Positions 8,445 to 18,358 of a stretch of 52,452 bases of DNA are shown here, piece by piece. Source of the stretch: a virus (lineage: Duplodnaviria > Caudoviricetes); IMG/VR virus record IMGVR_UViG_3300044302_004114, positions 1-52,452 of that record; one strand, 5' to 3'. Positions within the stretch are counted from its first letter, which is position 1; each line of letters begins with the position of its first letter. Below the pieces are notes generated by a model. That model was not told the origin of the DNA and searched no databases. It saw only the letters and a program-made list of their open reading frames with translations. The position numbers were made by a program, and so were the translations under genes.

Positions 8445-9330
8445 AAGATTAAATGACTTTTTAGGAGGTGCTTTAGAGACGCACCCTGACTTGCTTGACG
8501 AAATGAATTCGTTGGCAGGCAACATTGGTGACGGACTTCTACCCCCACTAGATCGTGCTGAAGTTGATGAGTCCACGCTTTCACAGATGCAAAAAGATTG
8601 GCGAAAAGATGGCGTTGTCATATTAGACAACTTTATTCCAGATCAACTTATTGAGGCTTACCGCACAGATTGGATTCAACATAATCGGGTAAATCACGAC
8701 AGACCCTTAGGGTATCCCGGAGAATGCGCCTATTATCAAGTTCCAAGTTTAATGAACATCGCCACCTTTGGACCGTTACAAGACGTAATGCGTTCTTTAA
8801 TTGGTGAACCAATGGGAGTGCACTTAAATCTAACTGGTTGGAAATCAACTCAGAGAAACTGGCATCAAGACGGATATCTTAACCCTGATTCAAACTATGA
8901 TCATTACTTAGCGATATGGGTGGCTCTTAACGACGTTCACGAAGATGCAGGACCGTTTGAGTATGTTCGTGGATCACATGTTTTGCCAATTATTACACAG
9001 GATAAAACTTTGGCACGCCTAGAAGAGACGGAGAGGCGTGACCCACTGTGGCCCAAATACTCAGAACGCTTCTTAACTCCCATGTTTGAAGACATTTTAG
9101 ACAGAGGGGGGTTGGAGACTGAGAAGTTTTTGGCAAAGAAGGGTGATGTTCTTTTGTGGCATGCTAGACTGATGCATCGTGGGTCAATTCCTGATGATCC
9201 AGATTTGTGGAGAGAAACAGCAATTTTGCATTATTCTGGGGTAAACCATAGACCTGATATGCCTTCGAACGCAATACAGCACCAACAAGGTGGCTGGTAC
9301 TTTCCCTTAAATCAAAACATTCCGTTATAA
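8425..9330 (+). CDS. PhyH-family Fe(II)/2OG dioxygenase
   Basis: WHQD, IWVALNDV...GPFEYVRGSH, KKGDVLLWH..L.HRG; AGGAG RBS before the ATG at 8425. Confidence 0.85.
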   Translation: MSTQMNKRLNDFLGGALETHPDLLDEMNSLAGNIGDGLLPPLDRAEVDESTLSQMQKDWRKDGVVILDNFIPDQLIEAYRTDWIQHNRVNHDRPLGYPGECAYYQVPSLMNIATFGPLQDVMRSLIGEPMGVHLNLTGWKSTQRNWHQDGYLNPDSNYDHYLAIWVALNDVHEDAGPFEYVRGSHVLPIITQDKTLARLEETERRDPLWPKYSERFLTPMFEDILDRGGLETEKFLAKKGDVLLWHARLMHRGSIPDDPDLWRETAILHYSGVNHRPDMPSNAIQHQQGGWYFPLNQNIPL

Positions 9331-9710
9331 TGCCAGCGAGTTATGGTAAGCAAGCAAAGGCTAAAGCAACTAAACTACATAGTTTGGTTGTTAGAACTCG
9401 TGATGGGTTTCAGTGCCGATGGTGTGGTGCCAAAAAAGAAGAAGGTAAGCAAATTCAGTGTGCTCACATAATTTCAAGAGCGATATCTGCCACTAGAACG
9501 GACGAAAGAAATGCTGTTGCTCTTTGCGCATCTTGTCATTGGAAGCAATCAAAGAACCCATTGGTGTGGGCACGATGGCTTGAAAGCGAGTTAGGAAAGG
9601 AACATTTAGATGATCTTTTACAGAGAGGGGTCACTGGTTCTAAAATTGACTGGAACAGCGAGGTTGAAAGGCTAACAATCACCCTTGACCTATTACAAAA
9701 AAACGGGTAA
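9330..9710 (+). CDS. NinG/HNH-like nuclease
   Basis: VRTRD..CRWCG, QCAHIISR, RTDERN..ALCASCH. Confidence 0.75.
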   Translation: MPASYGKQAKAKATKLHSLVVRTRDGFQCRWCGAKKEEGKQIQCAHIISRAISATRTDERNAVALCASCHWKQSKNPLVWARWLESELGKEHLDDLLQRGVTGSKIDWNSEVERLTITLDLLQKNG

Positions 9711-9713
9711 AAT
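9685..9713 (+). promoter_or_regulatory. Leaderless promoter
   Basis: TTGACC-17-TAAAAT-6-ATG(9720). Confidence 0.7.
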
Positions 9714-9719
9714 AGTTGC

Positions 9720-10073
9720 ATGAGTATAGGTGAAAGAAACAGACCAATAAGTTCAACAGAAATTGAGTCCGAACTTATACGAATAACTCATGATATTGAA
9801 AACGAAACAGAAGCCTTTGAAACGCTTGCGAAAGATCACGCTGTTAAAGAGGCTGAATACAAGAAAAAATGGTTTAAGGAGTATTTAGCAGCAGAAGGCG
9901 CTGTGAAAAACAAAGAGAGTTGGGCTGGCTACAAAACTAGCGATCTTTACTACGATGTCCAAGTCGCCGAAGCGCTTGTAAAAGCGAAACGGGAAAAGTT
10001 ACATTCGCTAAGGACGGCGTGTGATGCCCTTAGAACAATTGCCGCCAACGTAAGATCACAAGTAAAGTTTTAA
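9720..10073 (+). CDS. Hypothetical helical protein (possibly UvsY-like)
   Basis: All-helical coiled-coil pattern; the family assignment is tentative. Confidence 0.6.
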   Translation: MSIGERNRPISSTEIESELIRITHDIENETEAFETLAKDHAVKEAEYKKKWFKEYLAAEGAVKNKESWAGYKTSDLYYDVQVAEALVKAKREKLHSLRTACDALRTIAANVRSQVKF

Positions 10074-10085
10074 TGAGGTTATATA

Positions 10086-10874
10086 ATGATTGATAAAATT
10101 GATGAAGCAATTAGAGATCTTGCTATAGATGTTGATCTCTTAAAGCCACTTGAAAATAATGCTCGACGAGGAAACGTTGAGGCGATTGAAGCGTCATATA
10201 ACAAGTTTGGTCAACTAAAGCCTATTGTTGCTGTTAAGGACAAAGACGAGAATCTTCTTGTTATTGCGGGCAACCACCAGTTACAAGCCGCAAAAAATTT
10301 AGGGTGGGATCAAATTGCCGTAAGTATTGTTGATCTCAATTCAGATGACGCCTTAGCGTTTGCCTTGGCAGATAACAGAATATCTGATTTAGGGTCTACA
10401 GATGCAGACGCCTTGTATGAAGCAATCTCTTCGGTTGCTGGAACTGATGCCGACTTTTTTGATTTGCTTGGTTGGGACGAATTTGCTGTAGCAGTTATTG
10501 AAAATGAGGTTATTGAAAATGAATTTGATCGAGAGCCTCGTGGGAGTAACGACGGTTGGGTAGCACCAGAAATAGTAATAAGCGAGTCACCCAACCCAGT
10601 GTTTCACACAGAAGATGATGGTGAAGAAAGCACACCTCTTCCTCGCCCAACAGAAGTACCCACAAGCACAATTGTTACTCAGGGTAGCACTTCAACAAGT
10701 GCGTCTGGAACTAAAAACGCAGCAATTCAGTTCACGTTAGTTTTTGACTCATCTGAGCAACAATCTAAGTGGTATTCGTTTTTACGATGGTTAAAAGATG
10801 ATGATACGTTTGTTGGGGAAACCACTGCCGAGAGGCTATTGGACTTTATTGCTAACCACACTCCTGAAGGGTAG
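10086..10874 (+). CDS. ParB/Srx N-terminal domain protein
   Basis: L.P...NARRG, FGQ.KPIV, VIAGNH, A.A.ALADNR. Confidence 0.85.
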   Translation: MIDKIDEAIRDLAIDVDLLKPLENNARRGNVEAIEASYNKFGQLKPIVAVKDKDENLLVIAGNHQLQAAKNLGWDQIAVSIVDLNSDDALAFALADNRISDLGSTDADALYEAISSVAGTDADFFDLLGWDEFAVAVIENEVIENEFDREPRGSNDGWVAPEIVISESPNPVFHTEDDGEESTPLPRPTEVPTSTIVTQGSTSTSASGTKNAAIQFTLVFDSSEQQSKWYSFLRWLKDDDTFVGETTAERLLDFIANHTPEG

Positions 10875-10876
10875 CC

Positions 10877-12052
10877 ATGGCTAGAAAACGAATGTTCTTG
10901 GACACATCTTGTGTTGAGGCAGCCAGACAACGAATCCGACATGTTTATGATAGATTCGATAGTGTTGCAGTTCAGTTTAGTGGAGGCAAAGACTCAACGG
11001 CATGTCTGTACCTCGCTAAAGAAGTCCACGATGAAAGAGGGCTTGGTCCTGTAAAAGTTATTTTTCGTGACGAAGAAATGATTTCTCCTGCGATTGAAGA
11101 GTATGTTACTAAAGTTTCTAATTATGACTGGGTTGACATGGAGTGGTATTGCTTACCACAAGGACAAGAATTATGGGTACTTGGACGACGAGAATATGTT
11201 CTTTTGTGGTCAAAAATGAGAGAGTCTGAAGATAGGCTTTTTAGGCCCTTCCCTAAGAACGCAATCAGGGCGGAGCATTTTGGGCTTGATCCAAACGAGT
11301 GTATACCGAAAAGAATTGATGAGTATACAATGCAGGGCAAAAAGGGACTTACTGCATTCATCACCGGAGTAAGGGCAAATGAATCAATGATCCGATATCG
11401 GACAGTTGTCCAAAAACTCCACGAGAACTACATTAATCGACCATTCGGACTATCCAAAGCCATTCCTATGCGGTTTGCCAAAGTGATATATGATTGGCAG
11501 TCTGACGATGTGTTAAAGTTTATCACTGAAGAGCATAATGCTGAGTATTGCGCATATTACGATTATGCTGCAATGAGTGGCGCAAACCAAAGAGTCGGAA
11601 TACCCTTACACGCTGTGGCGGCCCGTAGGCTCACTGACGTTATAAGAACTGAGCCAGAATTTTATGATGAATTATATAGGTGTTTTCCTGAGATTGAAGC
11701 GCAGTTACGACTTTGGGGAGAGTTTGACATTGAAGCCCTAATTGACCTGTATTCAAGTAGGGGCTGGGATGGTGTAAAAGACTGCATTGATGACAACATG
11801 CTTACACCTGGCATGCACAGAATGGCGATGGTGTACACTCATGACTTCAAAAAGAGGCACGCTAAAGATCCGTATGGCTACCCACGGGAACACTTAGTCC
11901 GCACCTTACTTCTAAATTCATTTACTGGTTCCCCAAGCCCAGTGGGTCCAAAAACAAAATCACACAACAAAAGAGTGGCTATGCTTGCAAAACAAGAACA
12001 ACAGGAAATGATGGATGCAGACAGCCTTGACATAGTTGATGATACCCGATAA
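10877..12052 (+). CDS. PAPS-reductase/PP-loop family protein (IbrA/YbdN-like)
   Basis: AA.QRI..VYD.F, FSGGKDS, F.DEE, GVRANES..R, IYDW...DV. Confidence 0.85.
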   Translation: MARKRMFLDTSCVEAARQRIRHVYDRFDSVAVQFSGGKDSTACLYLAKEVHDERGLGPVKVIFRDEEMISPAIEEYVTKVSNYDWVDMEWYCLPQGQELWVLGRREYVLLWSKMRESEDRLFRPFPKNAIRAEHFGLDPNECIPKRIDEYTMQGKKGLTAFITGVRANESMIRYRTVVQKLHENYINRPFGLSKAIPMRFAKVIYDWQSDDVLKFITEEHNAEYCAYYDYAAMSGANQRVGIPLHAVAARRLTDVIRTEPEFYDELYRCFPEIEAQLRLWGEFDIEALIDLYSSRGWDGVKDCIDDNMLTPGMHRMAMVYTHDFKKRHAKDPYGYPREHLVRTLLLNSFTGSPSPVGPKTKSHNKRVAMLAKQEQQEMMDADSLDIVDDTR

Positions 12053-12061
12053 TCTAAAGGT

Positions 12062-12583
12062 ATGGACTATATAAAAACGTCAAAACTGAAGCCTGCTAAA
12101 TGGGTATCGGCATCTTATGTGGTTTCCCCAGACTATAGAAGGCTAACAAACTCTATCATTAAGTACGGGATTCTTAGCCCTATTCTTGCTCAAAAGAATG
12201 GTAAAATTATAGATGGTTATCATCGTTGGGCAGTAGCGAACGAGCAATCGCTTGATCGTGTCCCAGTAACAATTATGGACATTGATGACATTGATGCAAT
12301 GCTATTGCACATTGACATGAATAGATCCAGAGGAATTGTAGTAGCCAAATACCTTTCAAGAATGATAAAAAGAATTCTTGCTTCTGGAAAGTACAACGCT
12401 GAAGAGTTGTGTCGAAAACTAGAGATGACAAATGATGAGTTTGACGTCCTTGCTGATGGAACGCTTATAAAGATGAGAAAGATCAAGCAACATAGTTACT
12501 CTCCGGCGTGGGTTCCCATTGAGTCCGCCTCTGGGGAAGACATTAGAATTGAGCGTCCAACAGGACACACAGAACAAGTTTAG
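12062..12583 (+). CDS. ParB-like protein (IbrB/YbdM-like), leaderless
   Basis: SI..YGILSPI, IIDGYHRW, NRSRG, HTH-like C-terminus; upstream TTGACA-17-TAATCT-6-ATG (12027-12055). Confidence 0.82.
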   Translation: MDYIKTSKLKPAKWVSASYVVSPDYRRLTNSIIKYGILSPILAQKNGKIIDGYHRWAVANEQSLDRVPVTIMDIDDIDAMLLHIDMNRSRGIVVAKYLSRMIKRILASGKYNAEELCRKLEMTNDEFDVLADGTLIKMRKIKQHSYSPAWVPIESASGEDIRIERPTGHTEQV

Positions 12584-12597
12584 AAACGGAGAAAAGT

Positions 12598-12924
12598 ATG
12601 GATGTTAACGCATATCAAGCGGCCGCTAAACAAACAGCCGTTTACCCAGAAGAAATGGGCATCTTGTACACCACGCTTGGTCTAGTTGGAGAAGCAGGCG
12701 AAGTTGCTGAAAAAGTTAAAAAAGTAATTCGTGATCATGGTGGAGAGATGGACGATGACATGCGAGAGGCAATCGCTCTAGAGGTGGGCGACGTGCTATG
12801 GTACGTTGCGAACCTAGTACATGAGTTGGGGTATGACTTGCGGTACGTTGCGGGCGCAAACATTCAAAAACTATACGACAGACAAGCAAGGGACAAACTC
12901 CATGGGTCAGGGGACACAAGATAA
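12598..12924 (+). CDS. mazG: MazG-like nucleotide pyrophosphohydrolase
   Basis: YQ..A..TA.YP, LGLVGEAGEVAEKVKK, EVGDVLWY, N..KL..R, GSGD.R. Confidence 0.9.
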   Translation: MDVNAYQAAAKQTAVYPEEMGILYTTLGLVGEAGEVAEKVKKVIRDHGGEMDDDMREAIALEVGDVLWYVANLVHELGYDLRYVAGANIQKLYDRQARDKLHGSGDTR

Positions 12925-13858
12925 AAAATCGTGGCTGTCTCTTGCGTCACCAATATTTGAGAATCAGTCTGACGAAGAAATACTTGCTAACGCAAACGCA
13001 GACTATAAGGTTTCTCTTAAGCCGGTTACGCTTTGGGATAGCCTTAGCGATTCATTGGTTGATCTTGAAAAAAGGTTTGTTACATGTCGCCCTAATCCAA
13101 ATGGGCTATATTGGGACTATTGGGAAGTTGTTAAAGAGCGTTACGAAGTAGTACAGAATTCTGATTTACTAGAAAGAGCAAAAGGCATCGTCTCTAGGAC
13201 AAACGGTAAGGCAAAACTGCATAGTTGTGGCGTCCTTGATGATGGTAGGAAATTCTTTGTAGCAATGTCGTTTGGATCAATTAGTTTAAAAGTCAAAGAC
13301 ACCACATCAGCAATAGACAGTTTTTTAGTTTTAATTTCTTCGCATGACGGATCAATACCAATTTGCTATTACAGCCTAGATGTGAATAGAAGTAGGAATA
13401 CAGTCTACAGGGTTTCATCTAATACGTATGACTTTGATTTAAGGAAAAGACACACAAAAAACTTAAAGGGGCATGAGGTTGAAGCGAGTGAGGCAATAGA
13501 ACTTAGGAAAAATTGGAGCATTGCAATAACAGATGCTGTTAATGCTTTGCAAAAGCCAATAGGACCCTCAATGAAAAAAGAATCCATGGATTTAGTTGCT
13601 TCAACAGAAAAGGCAAACACAAAAAAGAAACGAGAGCACGCAGAAGACGTGCACTCAAAGATTGAAGAATTGTTTAGAAAAGATTACAACAGTGGATTGT
13701 TTGGAGAAACACGTTGGGCTTTTTATAATGCTATAATTGAATATATTGATTTTTATAGAGACATTGACCCATTAGATGCAGCCCAACACACCTTAGAGAT
13801 AGATAATTATAGTCACAGGCTAAAAGTTCGTGTTTTTGAGACACTGGTGAAACAATGA
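12902..13858 (+). CDS. DUF932/DUF945-like phage protein
   Basis: YEVVQN, G.L..GRKFF, SSHDGS, RHT, TRWAFYNAI.EY.D; start uncertain. Confidence 0.65.
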   Translation: MGQGTQDKKSWLSLASPIFENQSDEEILANANADYKVSLKPVTLWDSLSDSLVDLEKRFVTCRPNPNGLYWDYWEVVKERYEVVQNSDLLERAKGIVSRTNGKAKLHSCGVLDDGRKFFVAMSFGSISLKVKDTTSAIDSFLVLISSHDGSIPICYYSLDVNRSRNTVYRVSSNTYDFDLRKRHTKNLKGHEVEASEAIELRKNWSIAITDAVNALQKPIGPSMKKESMDLVASTEKANTKKKREHAEDVHSKIEELFRKDYNSGLFGETRWAFYNAIIEYIDFYRDIDPLDAAQHTLEIDNYSHRLKVRVFETLVKQ

Positions 13859-14877
13859 CAAAGGTAGTTTCACTTTTTTCTGGCGCTGGTGGTTTAGACT
13901 TGGGTTTTACCTTGGCTGGATTCAATGTTGTTTGGGCAAATGAGCATGATAAAACTATTTGGGAAACATATCGAGAAAACCACCCAAACTGTGTATTAGA
14001 CACTCGAAGCATAGTGAATGTGGACAGCAGAGACATACCTGACTGCGATGGAATCATTGGCGGCCCACCATGCCAAAGTTGGAGTGATGGTGGCTCCAGA
14101 AAAGGTATAAATGACAAAAGGGGACAACTATTCTTTGAGTTTATAAGAATTCTACAAGAAAAGCAACCAAAGTTTTTTGTAGCAGAAAACGTGCAAGGTA
14201 TTTTGTCCGACAGAAACAAAAGCGTCGTTGAAACTTTAACTAACCTTTTTAAGGTATGCGGTTACAACATTCATGTCAAACTATTTAATCTTTCTGAGTA
14301 TGGCATTCCACAAGATAGAAAACGAGTAATCTTTCTAGGAATACGAGAGGACATTTCTACGTCTTATAACTTCCCATCGCCACTAACCACATCAAGCAAA
14401 CCCAACTTAAAAAGCGCAATTTTAGATCTTCAACAATATCAAGTCAAATCGGCTGATCGTAAATCAAGGTCTACAGAGTGTGAGTTCCCTAACCATGAGT
14501 ACATGGAGGGGGATTATTCAGCCTTTTGGTTAATGCGAAATAGGGTTAGAAACTGGGAACAGCAGTCATTTACCATTGTGGCATCTGCAAGACATATGCC
14601 CTTGCACCCACAAGCACCAAAGATGATAAAAACCCCAGATGGTCCGTTTGTCTTTGAGAGCGGAAAAGAGCATCTATATCGCAGGCTTTCTGTTAGGGAG
14701 TGCGCAAGGATTCAGACATTTCCAGACAATTTTAAATTAATTTACGATAAGATAGAAGATGGGTACAAAATGGTAGGCAATGCGGTTCCCCCTAAATTTG
14801 CCTATTACTTAGCGAACAGTATTAAAGGGGTGCTTAATAATGAAAATTCCTCAAGCGAACTGCCACTTTTGCGGTAA
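13855..14877 (+). CDS. dcm: C5 DNA cytosine methyltransferase, M.HaeIII-like
   Basis: SLFSGAGG, GGPPCQSWS, ENV, QDRKRV, RNRVR.W, LHPQAP, RRLSVRECARIQ, GNAVP. Confidence 0.95.
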   Translation: MTKVVSLFSGAGGLDLGFTLAGFNVVWANEHDKTIWETYRENHPNCVLDTRSIVNVDSRDIPDCDGIIGGPPCQSWSDGGSRKGINDKRGQLFFEFIRILQEKQPKFFVAENVQGILSDRNKSVVETLTNLFKVCGYNIHVKLFNLSEYGIPQDRKRVIFLGIREDISTSYNFPSPLTTSSKPNLKSAILDLQQYQVKSADRKSRSTECEFPNHEYMEGDYSAFWLMRNRVRNWEQQSFTIVASARHMPLHPQAPKMIKTPDGPFVFESGKEHLYRRLSVRECARIQTFPDNFKLIYDKIEDGYKMVGNAVPPKFAYYLANSIKGVLNNENSSSELPLLR

Positions 14878-15061
14878 TCCTGTAGTCATGCTAAAAGGCG
14901 CTTTTAGGCGTGTGACTGGGTGGGCACAGTTTCGAGAGCAGGGTGGAACCAACTCATTAGCCTTAACGTCTGAACCAGAAGCATGGGCGCACAGTGGATG
15001 TGTTGAAAAAGAAAAGCAAAAGTTTCGTGGAATGGGTCCACAAACTGAGACTCTTTTTTAA
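14840..15061 (+). CDS. Small Zn-binding hypothetical protein
   Basis: CHFC ... HSGC. Confidence 0.6.
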   Translation: MKIPQANCHFCGNPVVMLKGAFRRVTGWAQFREQGGTNSLALTSEPEAWAHSGCVEKEKQKFRGMGPQTETLF

Positions 15062-15343
15062 TTACTCAACATCAATAAATATACATTCACCCGGACACTC
15101 GTCTGCTGATTCAATAACATCTTCAAGCATGTCTTCGGGTACAGACGCTGTTCCTCCAGCCATTTGAAGAATGGGGTCATCAGATGCAGTTTTACCGTCT
15201 TTTGAATAGATCGTTGGCCAACTTGCTTCTTTGACATATGCCAATCCATCATCAGCCATCTCAAATATACTTGGACATATCTCTGCGCAGAGTCCATCTC
15301 CAGTACATAAATCTTGATCAATCCAAACTTTAATGTTACTCAT
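15062..15343 (-). CDS. fdx: Monocluster ferredoxin
   Basis: KVWIDQDLCTGDGLCAEICP ... AD.CPGECI. Confidence 0.9.
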   Translation of the reverse strand: MSNIKVWIDQDLCTGDGLCAEICPSIFEMADDGLAYVKEASWPTIYSKDGKTASDDPILQMAGGTASVPEDMLEDVIESADECPGECIFIDVE

Positions 15344-15353
15344 AGAACATATT

Positions 15354-16670
15354 CTAAACTATTATTTCAATCTTTCTACGAACTCCCATACCCAGTCCGG
15401 CACATAAATTGAACCCATGAACGACGGCATCCACTTGGTCGTCATGTACTTTTGCTTCTGGGAATGCTGATAATTCGTCGATAAAGTCACCGTTCCATGC
15501 CCCCCTAAGTAACTTCACATTGCCATTTGCAACTGCCGCTGAAAATGGTTTTGCTCGTGTAACCTTGTCACCCGTAGCACGTTGTCCTGTAAAGTCATAA
15601 CCAGTAAGAACGTAACGAGCATATGAATCAATTAAGTTTTTACCAGCAGAGCCTGGCTCCTGCTCCATGCGAATTGGTATTTCTGGACCGTCCTCAAATG
15701 CTGTGTCCTTTATGAATCTTTCAACCTTTTCCCCTCTTGCCCTTATTCGCCTAACATCCATAACGTAGAATATACCATTATGGAAGGCTCCTAACATTCC
15801 GACTGTCCAGTCAGGGTCTGGGTTGCTAGGAGTAGGCTCAGTTCCTGCCAAATCCCAAAAGCGCACTAACTTTGTGTCTTTGTCTAGTTCTGGAACTTCT
15901 GATGGCTCAATAATTTCTAGATTTGTTCTGTCAAACATTGATCCAAGTGTCGTTGCCCACCAGTCACCAAACTCTAGCCTCTTTCTTTCAATGGGGTCCA
16001 ACTCCTGAAGTACGGCTCGATAAGAGTCTGGATCAATTCCTGGGTTGTCGGTGAGCATAGAAGGGACAAAGATGCGCCCATGCTCTTTACCTTCCGTTAA
16101 AAATCTTTGCCTTACCCAGTTTGGGGCAGGGTTTGTTGCGGCACGCATTCTAAGCGGTACAGTTGAAAGTGGTCCAGTCGCTGGCCGACGTAGACGAGAG
16201 AACATATACCTGTAGTCGGCTTCCCTGATCTCCGTTACCTCATCCATGCCTATGAATTGAAATTCAGAACCTTTATAACGCAGGTAGTCATTTACATTGT
16301 TTAAGTAACCAAATGTGACACGAGCGCCACTGGGAAACGTAGCAGTATACATGTTTGCGTTCCAGTGCACATCATCATAACTTGCAACCCAGTCCCTAAA
16401 CCTATCCATCAAAGCACCCGGCAAGGCGAGGTCGGCATAAGTACGCCTAAACAAAATAGCACTGTAGTTTGGAACATCAACATATTGCAATGCAGCCATT
16501 ATAAGCGCAGATGACTTACCCCCACCTGCGGCACCACCAAAAAGAACTTCTGTTGATTGCGATTTAAGGAAAACTTTTTGAGTTAAAGAAGGCTCTTCTA
16601 CCCAATACTCTGAACGCCTAGGTTCAAGGTAGTCTTTTATTTTTTCCCAATCTGCGGTCTGTACTGACAT
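15354..16670 (-). CDS. terL: Terminase large subunit
   Basis: Walker A GGAAGGGKS, Walker B IGMDE, ATNP, RFWDLA, EQEPG, HDDQVDA; AGGAG RBS. Confidence 0.95.
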   Translation of the reverse strand: MSVQTADWEKIKDYLEPRRSEYWVEEPSLTQKVFLKSQSTEVLFGGAAGGGKSSALIMAALQYVDVPNYSAILFRRTYADLALPGALMDRFRDWVASYDDVHWNANMYTATFPSGARVTFGYLNNVNDYLRYKGSEFQFIGMDEVTEIREADYRYMFSRLRRPATGPLSTVPLRMRAATNPAPNWVRQRFLTEGKEHGRIFVPSMLTDNPGIDPDSYRAVLQELDPIERKRLEFGDWWATTLGSMFDRTNLEIIEPSEVPELDKDTKLVRFWDLAGTEPTPSNPDPDWTVGMLGAFHNGIFYVMDVRRIRARGEKVERFIKDTAFEDGPEIPIRMEQEPGSAGKNLIDSYARYVLTGYDFTGQRATGDKVTRAKPFSAAVANGNVKLLRGAWNGDFIDELSAFPEAKVHDDQVDAVVHGFNLCAGLGMGVRRKIEIIV

Positions 16671-16713
16671 ATTTTACTTGTCTCCTAGACAATTTCACGA
16701 TAAAATAGATATC

Positions 16714-16872
16714 ATGAAGAATTTTTTAACCCGTTCTACGGTTGCACACGTGTTAATGTCCGCTTCCATATTTCTAATAGGCTTTGGTATTAGTATACTA
16801 AGTTTAGGGTGGGGTTTGGCAAGCGCTGGTCTTTCCTGTGCAATATACGGTTATCTCCTAGGGGCTGAATAA
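16714..16872 (+). CDS. Small two-TM membrane protein before the portal (leaderless)
   Basis: Hydrophobic 52 aa; TTGTCT-17-TAAAAT-7-ATG; TAATG coupling to the portal. Confidence 0.65.
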   Translation: MKNFLTRSTVAHVLMSASIFLIGFGISILSLGWGLASAGLSCAIYGYLLGAE

Positions 16873-18320
16873 TGGCTTGGAACAAATCTTTAAATAATAG
16901 CGAACAAAAGTCAGTTTCAGTTGGTGCGCCCATAGCATACAGCCCAAACTTGCAACCTAAGACTGGTTACCATGATGGGTGGGACATTGTTAAGGCTTAC
17001 AAAGAAGGCGTATCAAAAGTTACTTGGGTTTTTCGATGTATTGATGTTATCGCATCAAATCAAGCCACGCTACCAGTAATCTTACGAAAAGACAATAACC
17101 CATTTGGAGAAGTTATTGGTGATAGTGATCTTTTAAAGATTTTCAACAATACCAGCAATAAAGGTGAGAATGCGTTTGCTTTCCGATATCGGCTTTCCGC
17201 TCAACTCTTAATGAGCAGTCGTGGTGTCTTTATTGAGATAATTCGTGGTCGTGACGGGAATCCAACAGCGCTACATCTTCTTCCCCCACAAAACACTTCC
17301 CCTATTCCAGATGTAAATAAGTTTGTAAAAGGTTACGAGGTAAAGATAAGCGCTACCGAGAAAAAAACATTACGCCCAGAAAACGTAATATGGATTAGAC
17401 GACCACACCCACTTGACCCATATTTGTCGATGACACCAATGGAAGCAGCCGGAGTTGCAATTGAAGTTGAGTCTTTGGCTAAGATTTACAACAGAAACTT
17501 CCTTATTAACGACGGAAGACCAGGTGGTCTTCTTGTGCTAAGAAGCGAAATAGCAGAAGACGACAAAGATGAGATTCGTTCAAGGTTCCGAGGAAACATT
17601 GGTCGTGCAGGCTCAGTTGGGGTTATATCTTCAGATGATGGGGCAGATTTCGTAGACACAGCAGCGTCACCTCGTGATGCAGCATACATTCAGATGCGAA
17701 CATTAACAAAAGAAGAAATTCTTGCGGCCTTTGGTGTACCTGAGTCCATTATTGGAAATTCATCAGGTAGAACATTCTCAAACGCCATGGAAGAAGGAAA
17801 AGTATTCTGGATGGAGACAATGACTCCTCACCTTGCTATGATTGCTCGTGGGTTTGATGCCATTGATCCTCAGCACTATATTGACTTCGACACGTCTAAT
17901 GTTCCTATTTTGATTCTTTCAAAGCAAGAGGCGGAGCGCCACTATGGAACAGAGTTTCAAATGGGTCTTATTAGCGTAAATGAATACCGAGAACTCTCTG
18001 GTCGCAAAAAGGTTGAGTCAGATATTGCTGATTCACTTTTGGCTAACCCAAATCAGTCGCCAATTGCAAACACAGAAAAGCCTATGAATGAAGACGCCGA
18101 CATGCAAGAAGGCGTACCCATGGATCAGCAAGCAACTCAAGCAACACAAGAACAAGTAACAGAGTTTAGCCCAGAAGAAGGCGCTTTTGTCCCAGCGGGC
18201 GAAGTTCAAGGAACAATGGCAATTGAGGCTTCTGCCGCAGAGGTTCCTAGCGAGTTAGAGAGCGATAGATTGGAACCGGAGGGTGAGAAGAGCCTCCCTT
18301 TTTCCAAAACGAAAAAGTAG
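16872..18320 (+). CDS. Portal protein (HK97 family)
   Basis: VFRCIDVIA, NDGRPGG, EEILAAFGVP, acidic C-terminal tail; first gene of the head module. Confidence 0.92.
   Translation: MAWNKSLNNSEQKSVSVGAPIAYSPNLQPKTGYHDGWDIVKAYKEGVSKVTWVFRCIDVIASNQATLPVILRKDNNPFGEVIGDSDLLKIFNNTSNKGENAFAFRYRLSAQLLMSSRGVFIEIIRGRDGNPTALHLLPPQNTSPIPDVNKFVKGYEVKISATEKKTLRPENVIWIRRPHPLDPYLSMTPMEAAGVAIEVESLAKIYNRNFLINDGRPGGLLVLRSEIAEDDKDEIRSRFRGNIGRAGSVGVISSDDGADFVDTAASPRDAAYIQMRTLTKEEILAAFGVPESIIGNSSGRTFSNAMEEGKVFWMETMTPHLAMIARGFDAIDPQHYIDFDTSNVPILILSKQEAERHYGTEFQMGLISVNEYRELSGRKKVESDIADSLLANPNQSPIANTEKPMNEDADMQEGVPMDQQATQATQEQVTEFSPEEGAFVPAGEVQGTMAIEASAAEVPSELESDRLEPEGEKSLPFSKTKK
18296..18302 (+). other. Putative -1 ribosomal frameshift site (portal to MuF-like)
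   Basis: In-frame C_CCT_TTT heptamer; the -1 frame is open into ORF 18359..19105. Confidence 0.65.
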
Positions 18321-18358
18321 ACGCATTTTCTAGTTGGGAAGAAAAAGCCCTATATCGG

